Origin: Hydrolagus affinis
Lineage: Eukaryota
Reading direction: 5' to 3'
Length of the DNA: 64,000 bases
NCBI GenBank assembly: GCA_012026655.1
Contig: JAAILG010000168.1
Coordinates: 62,001 to 126,000 of the forward strand
Made by a program: the position numbers and the translations under genes. Of the stretch, positions 27,190 through 39,600 are shown piece after piece. The notes beneath the pieces were generated by a model. It made no database searches, was not told the DNA's origin, and saw only the letters and a list, made by a program, of their open reading frames with translations. Every line of letters begins with the position of its first letter. Positions within the stretch are counted from its first letter, which is position 1.

Positions 27190-28103
27190 GTCAGTTGCAG
27201 TCTGTTTCTCCCCTTTTCTCTTTCCATCCTGCTGTTAGACAAGGACCATTTTTGTTTCTCTCTTGTTCCTGTCACCTGCTTGTTCCTTGGAAATGAGGTG
27301 CATGCTTTATTTTTCTCTTCCCCTCCCCCACCCCCACCACTCACACTTACTATAAATTTAATTTATTTTTATTTCAGCACCACACTGGTGATAGGGATAG
27401 GGACTTGCAGGTCAAAGTGCAATCCTCTAAAATAAAAGCCCCTTTCAGTGTTTCAGTATCAAAAATTAAATGCATGTTCAGATACAACTAATTTCTCAGT
27501 CCATCGGCCAGTGAAAAGCTGTATCCTTGTGATGCCAAAATTCAAAGTAAAGTTATTGCAAGCTCAAAAGTCAGAGAACCTTATTTGTGACTTTTTTTTT
27601 GTAACTGGTTTAGAGGATCTGTTAACGGTTTAATTCACAATCCGGAAATCACAGTGACTTCTGGTTTCCAACTATCACATTTTCAACCTCATTAGCTCAT
27701 TGATACAGAGAAATAATTGGCCTTTGTCACCATACCAGTCTGCATTTAACGATCCTATTTCTAACACAGAGAAAGAAATAATGTGATTTTTACAGAGCTG
27801 TATCGCATCAACAGGATATAAAATGCCTTATTGCCAAGCAAAATGACTGGTTTTGTAGGCAAACTAATAAGCATATTTCCCTTTTTCACTCAGTTGTATC
27901 AAAGGATATTTTTGAAATAATAAGATTGGTTGATAAATAGGAAAATAAGCATACCAGTGGGGGCAGATTTAAAGAGGGAGAATAGAAAGAGATCTTAAGT
28001 GATATACACCGAGTTCAGGGCTTGGACATTGTTGTATTTAACCTATTATTATCGACATGGGAGGTGGAGGGATGTGCTGTAGAGGCAAAAAACAAATGAC
28101 ATC

Positions 28104-28765
28104 AACAAGAACAAAATTACATTTGTAGAGCGCATATCATGTTGCGAGGATATTCCAAAGCACTGAACAGTCAGGGGTCAAGTCCTGAGCATTACAGGGG
28201 ATGAGAGCAGGGTTGGGATGAGGTAAGACAGAGAGGTAGGATGGTGACTAAGGTATGGTCGAAAAGGAGGGTCCTGTGACCGGCCTTGAAGGATGCAAGT
28301 AAGGAAGCGAGGTGAAGGGATTGTGGGATGGAGTTCCAGAGCGTGGAGGCAGAGAGGCTGAAAGCCGCCAATGGTTGGGCGAAAGAGATGGCGCAGGCCA
28401 GAGCCTGCCGAATAGAGGGAAAGGACAAGTTGACAGGCTCAACAGGTCAGAGAGGTTGGAGGGGGCAAGGCTATCAAGGGCCTTGAAGGTGAGGACAAGG
28501 ATCTTGAATTTGATTGTCTGAGGGATGGGGAGTCAGTGGAGCCAGGCGAGTGTGGGAGTGATGGAGTCAATGAGCCTGGTGCGGGAGAGGACATGAGCCG
28601 CAGAGTTTTGGATGATCTGCAGCTTGTGAAGGGAAGAGTACTTAAACCTTGAGGTGACAAACGTGTGGAAGGGTTTCAGCGGCCTGAGGGGTGAGGCAGT
28701 GGCGGAGACAGACAATGTTGCAGAGGTGGTGGAAGGCAGTGGTGGTGGTAGAAGGCGGTGCTGGG
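28104..28765 (-). mobile_element. L2-clade LINE 3' fragment with tail
   Basis: SLHKLQIIQNSAAHVLSRTR, TLWNSIP on minus strand; aacaaaattacatttgtagagcgc tail. Confidence 0.88.
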
Positions 28766-29695
28766 TGAAAACAAAATAGCCTTCAGACAGAAACTGAATG
28801 CTGTACTGATTAATGTTGGATCATGATAGAAACACCTTTGCTTGTCCTTCACTTTCCTAAGAATCATTGTACTTGCTGTGTAGCTCTGTTGAAATAATTT
28901 TGGTTGTCACTTAATGGAGCCTGTGGTGAATTCTGTGTGACTTTGATTCATTTAGTGAAGATTAGTACATTTCAACTCTAGCACCATAAATTGGCAAAAG
29001 TAAGATAAATAATGCAATTATCAGAAAACTGGAAAGCAGTAAGATGTATAATCGCTAGCGTTCTGCAGAAAGAAAATCTTTGAGGTAAGATTCATGGTGT
29101 AATTATAGTATACCCAATAGAACCAAAACATTACAGTAAAAACAACAGATTACACCTCTGGAAGGATGGTAGAGGATTGAACTATATGTTAAATTTTCTC
29201 TTCCATTAATGGCAACTGTATCCCAGCGTCTCGGGATGTTCTCCTGAAGTGAAAGGCGCTCTATAAATGTAATTTTGTTGTTGAAATCAGTTGATTAATG
29301 TGGCTGACAATCATAAGAGAACCCAGTTTTGCAAAAATGGAAATCTGCACATATGTAACCGAGTAGCGCTTTTAAAGACTTGATCTTTCACATGTACACC
29401 CATAGCTGCTGGTAACTAGGCCTTTCAGGGGAGGTAAACTAGCATATGAATATTCACACAGTGTGAAAGTTGGAATGGGACACGTAAAAGAGCTGTACAG
29501 AACATGCAGTTAGTTATACACTGAAACTGGCCACCAGTGACTTTGTGGGTCTTTTTGCACAATTGCCTGGTGACCAATATTGTATATATATATAGGTGTC
29601 CTATTGTCTCACATGCCACACATTGCACTATATAAGTGCAATGTATATATAATAACCACATTTACAGACTAGGGTGCAAATGTGCCAGAAGGAAG

Positions 29696-29840
29696 AATTA
29701 CAACAACTTGCATTTTTGTAGCTCCCCCCGAGTCGCCGGGCGGTGACTCAGAGCGCGGAACAACGGCGAATACTGAGGCCGCACCAGCGGGAGGGTGAAG
29801 GTGACTAAGCGCAGTCAAACAGAAAAATCTTTTGAAGCGT
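29696..29840 (-). mobile_element. CpG-rich L2-type 3' tail of a different subfamily
   Basis: caacaacttgcattt tail followed by hairpin gagtcgcc-gggc-ggtgactc. Confidence 0.6.
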
Positions 29841-30224
29841 TTCTTCATTTGGAATGGGTGAAAACGTAATGATCGATATCATCTTTTAGTTTAGTCTGAA
29901 ATTACGATGGCACACTGTACACTGTGGAAATATGACAGTGTTTGACAGATAGTCATCCCCTGCATGATTATTGCCACTGTCTGCTCACGCTGCGGCCAAT
30001 GATGTTCCTCATAGGTGGAGCTTTTATGATTTCTACCAACGTTCAGCATAATTTTCTCCTTTTGTCTTTATCTTTTAATTGACACTTTTTGAATAAATGA
30101 TTGTGTTTATCAGAGTACTATGCTGGTGAGGGGAATTTCAGGATAAAGGCGGAATTAACATACCCTAGTAGCAATATTTTCTATTCAAAATGAGAAGGTA
30201 GTTTTTTATGGTTGTCCAGCTCCC

Positions 30225-30412
30225 CCCAAAAAACAAATAAAACTGGTCATTTGTTTCATAGCTGTTGGTAGGGCATTGCGTGCACAATTGTGCGGCCACA
30301 TTTATCTACAAATACAGTCATGCTGTTTCACAGTAAATCCCCTGAAGTGCTTTGAAATGTTCTTTCAACATGACAGGACACTGTACCAAATTTGAGGATA
30401 ATTATTATTATT
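30225..30412 (+). mobile_element. SINE 3' half
   Basis: Homologous to 22930-23109. Confidence 0.7.
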
Positions 30413-30544
30413 AATTGTATTTTTCCATAAATCTTTGAAATGAGATTTTCCATTTTTGGAGACTGAATATAAAAGATCACTATGTTTAGCAATCAGTGTT
30501 AGTTGGAGGCCAATGTCAGCTTCAAGTATTACCAGTACTAAGTG

Positions 30545-30925
30545 TCAGTCTGGCTCAGATAGTAGAAGTCTTTCCTCTTGTTCAGTGGGTATGGGCTGAA
30601 GCCCCAGGTCAGGAATCTGAGCTCTAATACAGTGTGGTGGGATCATTGCATTTTTGAAGCTTTCATCCTTTGGATGAGATATTAAACTGACATTGTGTCT
30701 GCCTATTAAAGATTCCATGGTACTATCCAAGAGAAAAGTAAATTTCTCCTGCTGTTCTGGCCAATAACCTAATGGAGAAAAAAAATGCTAATTCAATTCA
30801 TGGCTATGCCTGGTTGTCTCAAAGAGCTTCACAAGTTATAGTGCGAAGTGCGGTGACTGTTGTTTTGGAGGCCAACAAAATAGGTATGTATCTCACTCAT
30901 AAATACTTTAGGCGACTCTGGACTT
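30545..30925 (+). mobile_element. DeuSINE-like element
   Basis: tRNA-like head gtctggctcagatagtag; Deu-domain-like ggatgagatattaaactg...aaagattccatggtactat...ttctcctgctgttctggccaa. Confidence 0.6.
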
Positions 30926-32007
30926 CGAGACAGACCATTCCATATTCCCACTCTCCATTGGATTTGTGAGTATCCCTGGTCTTTCATTGACAAGAATGCT
31001 AAATATAATGCAATAGGCAGGTAATCAGTAACAGATGTTGGCAGGTGAAAAATGTATTGCTGCTGTCTGCAGTTGTGCTGTCAAAGGAAGAATCCTGTTT
31101 TATAATCTGTGATTTGTGCTTGTCAAGATTGAAACGCGTCAGACCTCGTGAATGTTATGCTTTCTCCACGATTTGAATCTAGTTTGAGTGTCAGTATGAA
31201 GCAGGTCAGATACAACTTGACCAGATACAGAATATTGTTTTCCCTTCCTGTCCTGACAACCTACCTTGATTCCAATCACAAACGAGCATTCCTTACTGAA
31301 ACATGAATTTTCAGTTCATCCACCACCTGTGAGCAGCCATCTGGTTGCCACATAAAAGATGGATTCATTAACCCTTTGATCCCTTTCAACCACTAGATCA
31401 ATTAGCAATTGTCTTTCCATTCATCAGTGCTAGATTCTAATCGATGGTACCAAGAGGTGTCTCATAGACAAACTGTGGTAACCTTTTGCACCATACAGTT
31501 ATCAGAAATGTAACTATTTTTATATTAAAATTGCTAAGAAACATGTCACCCATGCTTTACAGAAGTTAGATAAAATCTGCAAATCCTCAGCCTATTGTAT
31601 CACCAGTAAACTAGATTGGCCTTAAACTGATTTTAAAGGGACATGTTTAAGGACATGGTAATGAAATAAGACCCTCCTAACTATTCCTTAACTGGGATCC
31701 TTAAAAGCCATGGCTATCTATTTGTTGTGTGGACATGACCAGAATGAATAATGCGTCAATTACTCTTGTATAATCCTGGAATTTACTGAGCATGTATCAC
31801 GTTATTGATGATGTGCTTGCTGATGTGCGAAGGGATTTCAATTCAGTATATTTACTGCTAGAGCCTTGCAGGTGATGATTATATGGAATTACACTGATTT
31901 GCAGAAAGTACTTGATGTTTCTAACTGAATTTATAACTTTTGAGGATAATTCTGCTCCACAAGCTCTAGGTCATGATGTTAGTTAGCTACTGTTAGCTAT
32001 TGTTATG

Positions 32008-32273
32008 GAGTCCTGCAGCTCACTGGCCTTGCGTGCGAGAGACCCGGGTTTAATTTCAGGCAGGGCGAAACCTTGGGCCACTTTCCTTACTCGGCATGCC
32101 TGATAATAATCCCTCGAAAAAAACGTAACTGCTCATTTCAATCCATGGCTGTTCATGGGACATTGCACAGATATACAGCCAATTCATCTTACAGTATATT
32201 CTGTGAAGCGCTTTGAGATATCTAGATTCTAGAAGACAAGAAAAGCACTTTTATCAAATGCAATTTATTATTA
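32008..32273 (+). mobile_element. tRNA-derived SINE
   Basis: Homologous to 22812-23109 with small internal deletions. Confidence 0.85.
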
Positions 32274-32996
32274 CTGTTGTCATTTGATTAGCAATATTTT
32301 TTCATATCTTTCCCAATACATTCATAAATAAATGTGTTGTAATTTTAAAGTGTAAATAACATTATGTTAAAGCTGCCATGAGCTAATAATATGACAGAGC
32401 AATGAGCCAAATGGACAAGTTATTTTCCTCTGTAAAATGGAACAGTACTTTTATGATTATTGCAGTGCTCAGCACACAATAAGTGAATTAGGAGCCTGGA
32501 GCGAATTTAGCAGAATGCAGCCCTTTCTGATTTTTTGGAGAGCAAATTAATGAAATGATGTACATTCTGAACAAGAACATATGAAACCTGTGACCTATTC
32601 TTAGAACAATCCAAGATTCTCTAGGAAAGCAAAGAATCCCATTCAGTAACCTGAGCCTGCTATGTGCCTCTACCGCATCAGATGTGAAGACAGGCACTGA
32701 CTAGTTCCGGATGATTAGATAATATAATGCTGGTGGGGAAATCACGTGGGAGTGGCTTTTGTGATTGAGGAATAAAAACATCCCCCAGTTTTTGCTGTGT
32801 GCAATGAAACCATTTGTCATGTGAGCTGCACTTTGAGAGAGATGGGTCCATCATTTCTCTCTCTTTCTCCAGTTGTTGAGATTTAAAGTTGATCATCACT
32901 GAACCTTGAACTGTGCCTGTCATTACTTTAAGGCTTACTTCAACTCTCCCTGCAGCATCAGAAATGACTTTGTAGACCTTTCTCCTTCTGTTCCAG

Positions 32997-33090
32997 GTGA
33001 GCTGTGTGAAGAGAAACTTGATTTCTGTGCCCCAGAGCTGAACTCCTGCCTGCATGACTCCAAATGTATCATGACTGCCCAGGGATTCAA
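32997..33090 (+). CDS. slit2: slit2 coding exon (~exon 30), EGF4
   Basis: tccag|...|gtacgt; 94 nt; [32 protein letters not shown]. Confidence 0.96.
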
Positions 33091-34639
33091 GTACGTGGCA
33101 GTGATCTTTTTCTAAATTCCTGACATTTTCCTCTTTTTTTTATATAAGTTACTCATTACATTGTATAAGAATGTATCACTGGCTAATGTTAGAAAAGGTT
33201 GAAGAAACTAGAAACAATTCAGAGAACTTGCACTGTGCCAAATCTAGGAGAAGCAATAATAACAACAAAATTACACTTGTATAGCTCCTTTCACTTTCGG
33301 GAGGACAACAACAACAACAACTTTGATTTTTATAGCGCCCTCCATGCCGGAGGACGTTCCAAAGCACACCCCAAATTATTTTCTGTTTTAAAACACTTGT
33401 GGGTTAATGCGAGGAAGGTTCCTCAATTTTGAAGGGAAGGGAGAGAAGAAGAAGGGAAAAAGAAAGTACAGGTACTTGCATTATTATCATATTAAAAGCC
33501 TCAAACATTCCACATGTAATTGCTATGGAGGGATAAGCAAATGGCAGCCATTAGGTCCAAAGATAGCGATGACTGGAGCAGGATTTGATTGTTATCAAAA
33601 CAACGTAACAGGTTTCACAATTTTCCAATGTCTTTTATGAATCCTGAGATGCAAGGAGTTTCTGTTCCAGTTCAGTCCCTATTGCTGTCAATCAAAATTG
33701 TAAGGAACATTCTGCCCAATTGTGCCATGCATTAAAGCATGCAATGCAAGAGAGCACATTGCATTCCAAACACAGGAATTTCCATGCGTAGGTGGGATGC
33801 TTGGAACTCTCAATCTAGTTTGGATATTCTTCAGCATGATGAGGGTTTCTGCATGCATCAGATACCTGATGACAGATACCCCAAAAAACAAATGCTAGGA
33901 AACAGAAAACATGACTCAACCTCAGTAAGCATATGCGGGTAATTCCAAAATAACAAAAAAGGTGACATTTGCAACGTGAACTCTGAGTAAAATGCCAGGG
34001 TTGTTTTGGTTGAGGCTTGGATAAGCAGCAAATGTCTGTCAAGGTAAACCCAACATCTTGGCCTGATTTTCTGTGTGGTTGAGCTGTGTGTTGCAAATCA
34101 CAATGTTTTCATGCCTTCTCCACCATGCCAACAATTGTATAAGACAGGAATGCATGTTGCAGATTGGAAGTTGTCCAGCCCTGAACAGGCGCTGGTGATG
34201 TACTTCCTTGTTTCTTGCGGGTACATAATAGCTACACCCACCCACATGGATATTGTTACGTTTCTGTGATACTCAAGGCCATGTGCATTCCAGCAGTCCC
34301 TGAAACATTGACAGGAGCAGGGCTGTATCTATAATACAATCTACCAACCTTTCAATAAAGGGAACCTTTAAATGAAGCAACAAATTAAGCACCTAACACT
34401 CATTGTGAATTTAGCCTCTTTTAGAACTTCTCCAGACATATCTTTTGCCTTCCTCAAGACTGTGCTTTTGGTTTCCCCCCCACCACCACCCAACCCCCTA
34501 AATCCCCTTGACTACCAACCCTCCTGAATCCAACCCAAGCTTGACTGTCCAGCATCTTGAGACATCCTTCTGAAAAGCGCTATATGAATGCAATTATGGT
34601 TGTTTCACCAATGTGAGATTAATTTTCTGGCTTTTATAG

Positions 34640-34777
34640 ATGTGAATGCACACCTGGCTATGTTGGTGAACACTGTGACATTGACTATGATGATTGCCAA
34701 GAGAACAAATGCAAAAACAACGCACAGTGCATCGATGCAGTGAACGGATATACTTGCGTATGCCCAGAGGGTTACAG
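34640..34777 (+). CDS. slit2: slit2 coding exon (~exon 31), EGF5
   Basis: tatag|...|gtaagc; 138 nt; [46 protein letters not shown]. Confidence 0.96.
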
Positions 34778-35104
34778 GTAAGCTGGGCGCAGAAGTTAGG
34801 TGAAAGAGGTAAAGTCATTCTTGGCAGGTAATACACTACATAGAGTAGACACAAATTTATGACTTGCTGTGAAAACGTTTTTTTTATATATGTGACAGCA
34901 TCTGTCAGTGTGCCAACATTGGGAATAGACAATGGCTGTAGCCTTCAAACTAGTACTGTTTATTGTGTGTTTATGAAGGTGTTTCCCTCCAAGTTAAATA
35001 ATAGACTTTGTAAGAATCCAGGTACTGTAATTTCTCTATAGTGTACTGATTATGTATTTGCAGATGAGCACTGCAGTCAATTTATATTAAAGTCTTTATT
35101 TTTA

Positions 35105-35355
35105 CAATTTGCACACAGCAATGTCCCACAAACAGTCATGAAATGACTGAACACTTTGATTTGGAAGCCAGGATACCAAGAGAAATATTTCTTTACAAAC
35201 ATTCTCATGGGATTTTGAACAGGTTAAATGATACCTCTAACAATGCAATGCTTTCCCAATATATCATTAGAATGTCAGCCAAAATCCCCAAATGGGGCTT
35301 GATCTCACAACTTCCAACTGAGGTGGGATAAAACTAAATCAAGATGACATCTCAG
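35105..35355 (-). mobile_element. DeuSINE-like fragment
   Basis: gcacacagcaatgtcccacaaacag...catgggattttgaac; similar to 52180-52520. Confidence 0.55.
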
Positions 35356-35457
35356 TTGCTTCAATCTCAGATTACTGAAACTATTGGTATGGTGGAGTAT
35401 TTGTATGAAGATTGTCTATACAGTACTAAATCGAGCTTCTTTTTTGATTCTTCACAG

Positions 35458-35698
35458 TGGTCTGTTCTGTGAGCTGACTCCCCCAATGGTTTTACCCCGC
35501 ACCAGCCCCTGTGATCACTTTGAATGCCAGAATGGAGCTCAGTGCATAGAGATTGGAAACGAACCTGTCTGCCAGTGCCTGTCTGCTTATGAGGGGGACA
35601 AGTGCGAGAAGCTGATCAGTGTTAACTTTGTGAACAGAGACTCCTACCTACAGATTGCTTCACCCAAAATCTGGCCGCAGCCTAATATTTCTCTCCAG
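35458..35698 (+). CDS. slit2: slit2 coding exon (~exon 32), N/C cleavage site, EGF6, start of laminin-G
   Basis: cacag|...|gtacga; 241 nt; [29 protein letters not shown]...NISLQ; the known Slit2 cleavage motif PR|TSP falls at 35500/35501. Confidence 0.97.
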
Positions 35699-36558
35699 GT
35701 ACGAAAAGAAAATGTTCTTTTTTTGCTAAAAAGAAAACATGAAAATGTGCCTTTTAAATTAACACTAAATTGAAGATTTTTTCTTAATTATAAACAGCCT
35801 TTAATTTTAAGACCAAATGGTCTCACAGAGCAAGACAAGGTTGAATTTCACACCTCAGGAATTACAGTTTCTAAAGAAACGTGATCAATTTGCACATTCA
35901 GATCTGTGATTAGTTTTATTGAATATTTCCTTAAGGGTGATCGATGTAATTTGACTTTACATTGTCACTTCAGTACGTAACTGATAAAAGTGGAGCGAGC
36001 AAGAGAGTGGGTTTAAATTAGATGGCTCATGTGGAGAAAATCATCAGTGCTGCAGCGATGGATCAAATAATAACAATGATCCTTCATAATCTTTACATTT
36101 GCTATAATGCCTTGCTTATCAGTAAGACATCATAATGCTTCATGTTTGGGATGGTCTGTTTCTGTGATGTAGTATTGTATGATTCTATGGACAATTCCAA
36201 ACTGCACAACGATGATATCCAATCAATGTTTGATGTTGTTTGAAAGTGTAGATTTTATGTTTCTGTGGTGAGCAAACATTTGACACCCAGACACTCAATG
36301 TTGTTACATCAAGGAAATGGAGATCTATGTATCTAGAGTCATCCTAATGTTCCTCTTGAGTAGCATAATTTTTGCAAAATAATGATGTGTTTCATTCCTA
36401 CCTATGTCTTTGCACTGTGCACTTGCCAAAATCCTCCAGTGGCGTTGACTATAAGTCCATTGTGGTCAGTTCACATGTCCTCCATCTACCCCAGTACTTT
36501 GCTTCCTCTTTCTGCAACATGCCATTTGTTCAACTATACTATTCCTCCTGCTCCCCAG

Positions 36559-36689
36559 GTTGCCACAGGTGAAGACAACGGGATTTTGTTGTACAAAGGA
36601 GATCGTGATCACGTTGCCGTGGAGTTGTTCCGTGGCCGCGTACGTGTCAGTTATGACACAGGAACATATCCAGCCTCAGCCATTTATAG
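36559..36689 (+). CDS. slit2: slit2 coding exon (~exon 33), laminin-G
   Basis: cccag|...|gtgagt; 131 nt; [44 protein letters not shown]. Confidence 0.96.
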
Positions 36690-39600
36690 GTGAGTGAGTG
36701 TCAGTCCTGGGGAGCTATTGGAAAGATGAGACCCCATGTAAATACAGTAGAATCCTGTTACAATTCACTTCAGTATGGACCCTGACATTTATTTAAACCA
36801 AATGACTGACTTCCAGGTCATCAATTCACTAAATTCATCTGAATGTGCAATTCTCTCATGTTCTTCAAATCCTACACAGGAAGTGACATTGGCAATGATC
36901 ATCCGGAAGTTGCACAGTTTTGCTTCCCATGCATCAGATGACATTTTAAAGTGGTGACAGAGCTCATTGCCTTTCTGCTCGTACACTCAGTGTACGAGCA
37001 GGCTCCAATACAAATTTATATTTATATAAATGAGTACACTCACTTCCTGTTATACCTCCAGTTGGGATTTTGTGGAGCCAGTTTTATAAAAAGGCTTATG
37101 AGCTAAGCATTTAAAGTATGCACTGTTTATAAATGTAAATTGTAATTGAGTACGAAAAAACTAAAGTCCAGTATTTGGTAATACACTACTATATTTTCTA
37201 AAGAGAGAGAGAGAAGTGACCAAATTATACCCAGCCATTAAAACGGTTCAAAACACAAAACCAAGGCACTACTCTTGAAGCAGCAAATCTTTTTTTGTCA
37301 ATCACAAACTTGTAAGAAAAGCAGCTTAGAACCAATCACTATAACACAACTTTCCATTTGCATATGAAGAAAGTTCTTTGACTTCAGAACTATAGACTTT
37401 AAAATATCAGCAGGATTTGTTGAAGAAATAAAACAATGTGCACTGGAATTGTCTAGACAAAGCCATTTAATAAATTGTGATTCTTTTAAAATTGAATAAG
37501 TAATGCAAAATATTCTGTGCATCTGAATACCACTGCACATCTACCGTGACTTCAATGTGTTGATGAACTGACAGATTGAAGGTTCACATCCTGCAGAACT
37601 GTTGGATAAAGCTACACCCTTATACACCTTGATTCCCACCCAGGTTCAGTGCCAAACCAGGATTATTAAATTCCTTGGGATGTTTTTCTAATGTGAAAGG
37701 CAATAGTTAAATGAAAATTTGTATTCTATTTGCGTAAAGCTATTTAAGAGCTATAAAAGTGTGGACTTCGTGTTATTTGGTGTATAACAGCTATACACAC
37801 ACACACACCATACAAACAGTAGATTTGCAAGACAGATATTAGTTCTAGATGCACAATGCTGTATAATTTAAAGAAACCAATCTTTATTCTGATTGAATTT
37901 TGGGGAAGTATTCTAACTTTTACCAGCATCAGATGCAGTTGGTGCATGGCTTGGTTAGAACAGATAAGTCACAGCGTGAAACCTAAATTTAAAAACTGTC
38001 ATGAAAATTGCAATTTTTAAATGTTTTAATGTCATTTATAACTGCACCCCTCCGAGTTAAAAAGAAAGTTAATTTTGTTCATTCAGTGTGAAATGAATCT
38101 GCAAAAGTATTCTTCACAAGAGAGCATACTGTGGACAGTATCCTTGGAACTATCTTATTCCAATTGATTCATCTGAACCCATCCAACCAAACAAGGCTGA
38201 TAATGTGGGAATTAATTGTAGAGTCAGGAAAGGGTTGGGGGGAAGAGAAATGTTGTGCCATAAGGCATTAATTAGACAATTCATCACTCATGCACTGAAT
38301 AATGACAGGTGCTTCGGGCCAGATGTAGCCTTGCACAACACAAAGATATCACTAATAATTAACTCAATTACAATGCCTTAATGAACTCGTGCCTTTCATT
38401 TTTAACATTCATCATTTGTTGCCGTGTCTGCTGTCCAGGAGGGCAATGCATTGACTTTTTATTGCAGACACGACAAGACTGCCTTGCAGTATAATTGTGC
38501 CCGAGCCCTGAAGTGTTTTATGTATGCACGGAGGCCCTGTTTTGTTTCACGGCAATGAAATCTGAATATTCTGATTGAGTCTCAGCTGTCCTGTGAAGAA
38601 CTCACTTTGCTTTTTGTCAGCCCTGGCAAATTGTGTTTTTAAAAAGTGATGACAGATTAAATGATCCAATAAGGCTTTAATCCCGCAAATGAAGCTGTCC
38701 TCGTACTAATAGAAACAGCACATCAGAAAGCTAGGTCTCTCACCAGAGCTAAGTTGATAATCAGAGCACTGGTTTGGCTGGCACATCTTGCCTATCAGTT
38801 GTAAGTGAATTGTCTCTGTGACAAACGATCTGCCGTTAAATCAGAGTGAGATCGAAAACATCTATCTGTCTCCCTGAAGTACCGCTGGATAATTAAAGAC
38901 ACCATTTTTTAATTCACTTCACGCTGCTTATGCAGATCGGCAGAGCCAGTTGAGGAATGTTTGCCTGACGTGAATTTTGACAGTATGACATCTTTATGCG
39001 CTCAATCCTCCCATATGCAGCCTTTGAACAGAGTCTGCCAGCGCAGCAGATAGGAAGCAAGGCATGCCTTTCACTGTGTAATTGCTCCTGCAATAACAAC
39101 TTTGTTCGCAAAAACAACTCCATTCATTCAGTACTTATGACTCTGGTGTGTGTCACTGAACCCACTCTGCACATCAATCCAAGAAAACTTAGTTAAGTTA
39201 ATATACAATAGTTTTAATTGAAGAAAATATCTCGTAGAGTTACTACGTAAGGCAGATTCTGAGAGTGCTTTTACAAAGATGGGATTGGACACCAAGCAAG
39301 GGAGAGGAACGAAGGGAGAGGTGACCATCAGTATATTTGAATTAGTAGGTTTAGAGATGAGACTTGAAGGCTGATGGGGAAGAGGACGAGAGGGAGTGAG
39401 GGCACATTTATTAAGTTATAAAGAAGGAGATTTGTCATCCTGTTGACAGTATTGTGAGTTCACAATCTGTTGTCTTTTACGCTAAATCAATAATAACAGG
39501 AGATGAATAACAGAATTTGTCCTGTATTTACTGCGATCCTAACACAATGCCGGGCTAAACATGTTTGTCCTGCATGAATATAAATGCAATTTGTCATTGT

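Noticed and set aside
27378-27410. Possible second 33-nt exon (tttcag|...|gtcaaa) after the microexon
   Set aside because: In-frame TGA after APHW and a weak donor; cannot be supported as a poison exon without reads
31114-31122. TTGTGCTTG, the start of mature miR-218, which is hosted in slit2
   Set aside because: Only 9 nt match with no hairpin; miR-218-1 lies in a more 5' intron upstream of this window
36743-37110. Complete Tigger-like element starting TA|CAGTAGAATCC
   Set aside because: No convincing matching right terminal repeat found, so not called as a feature
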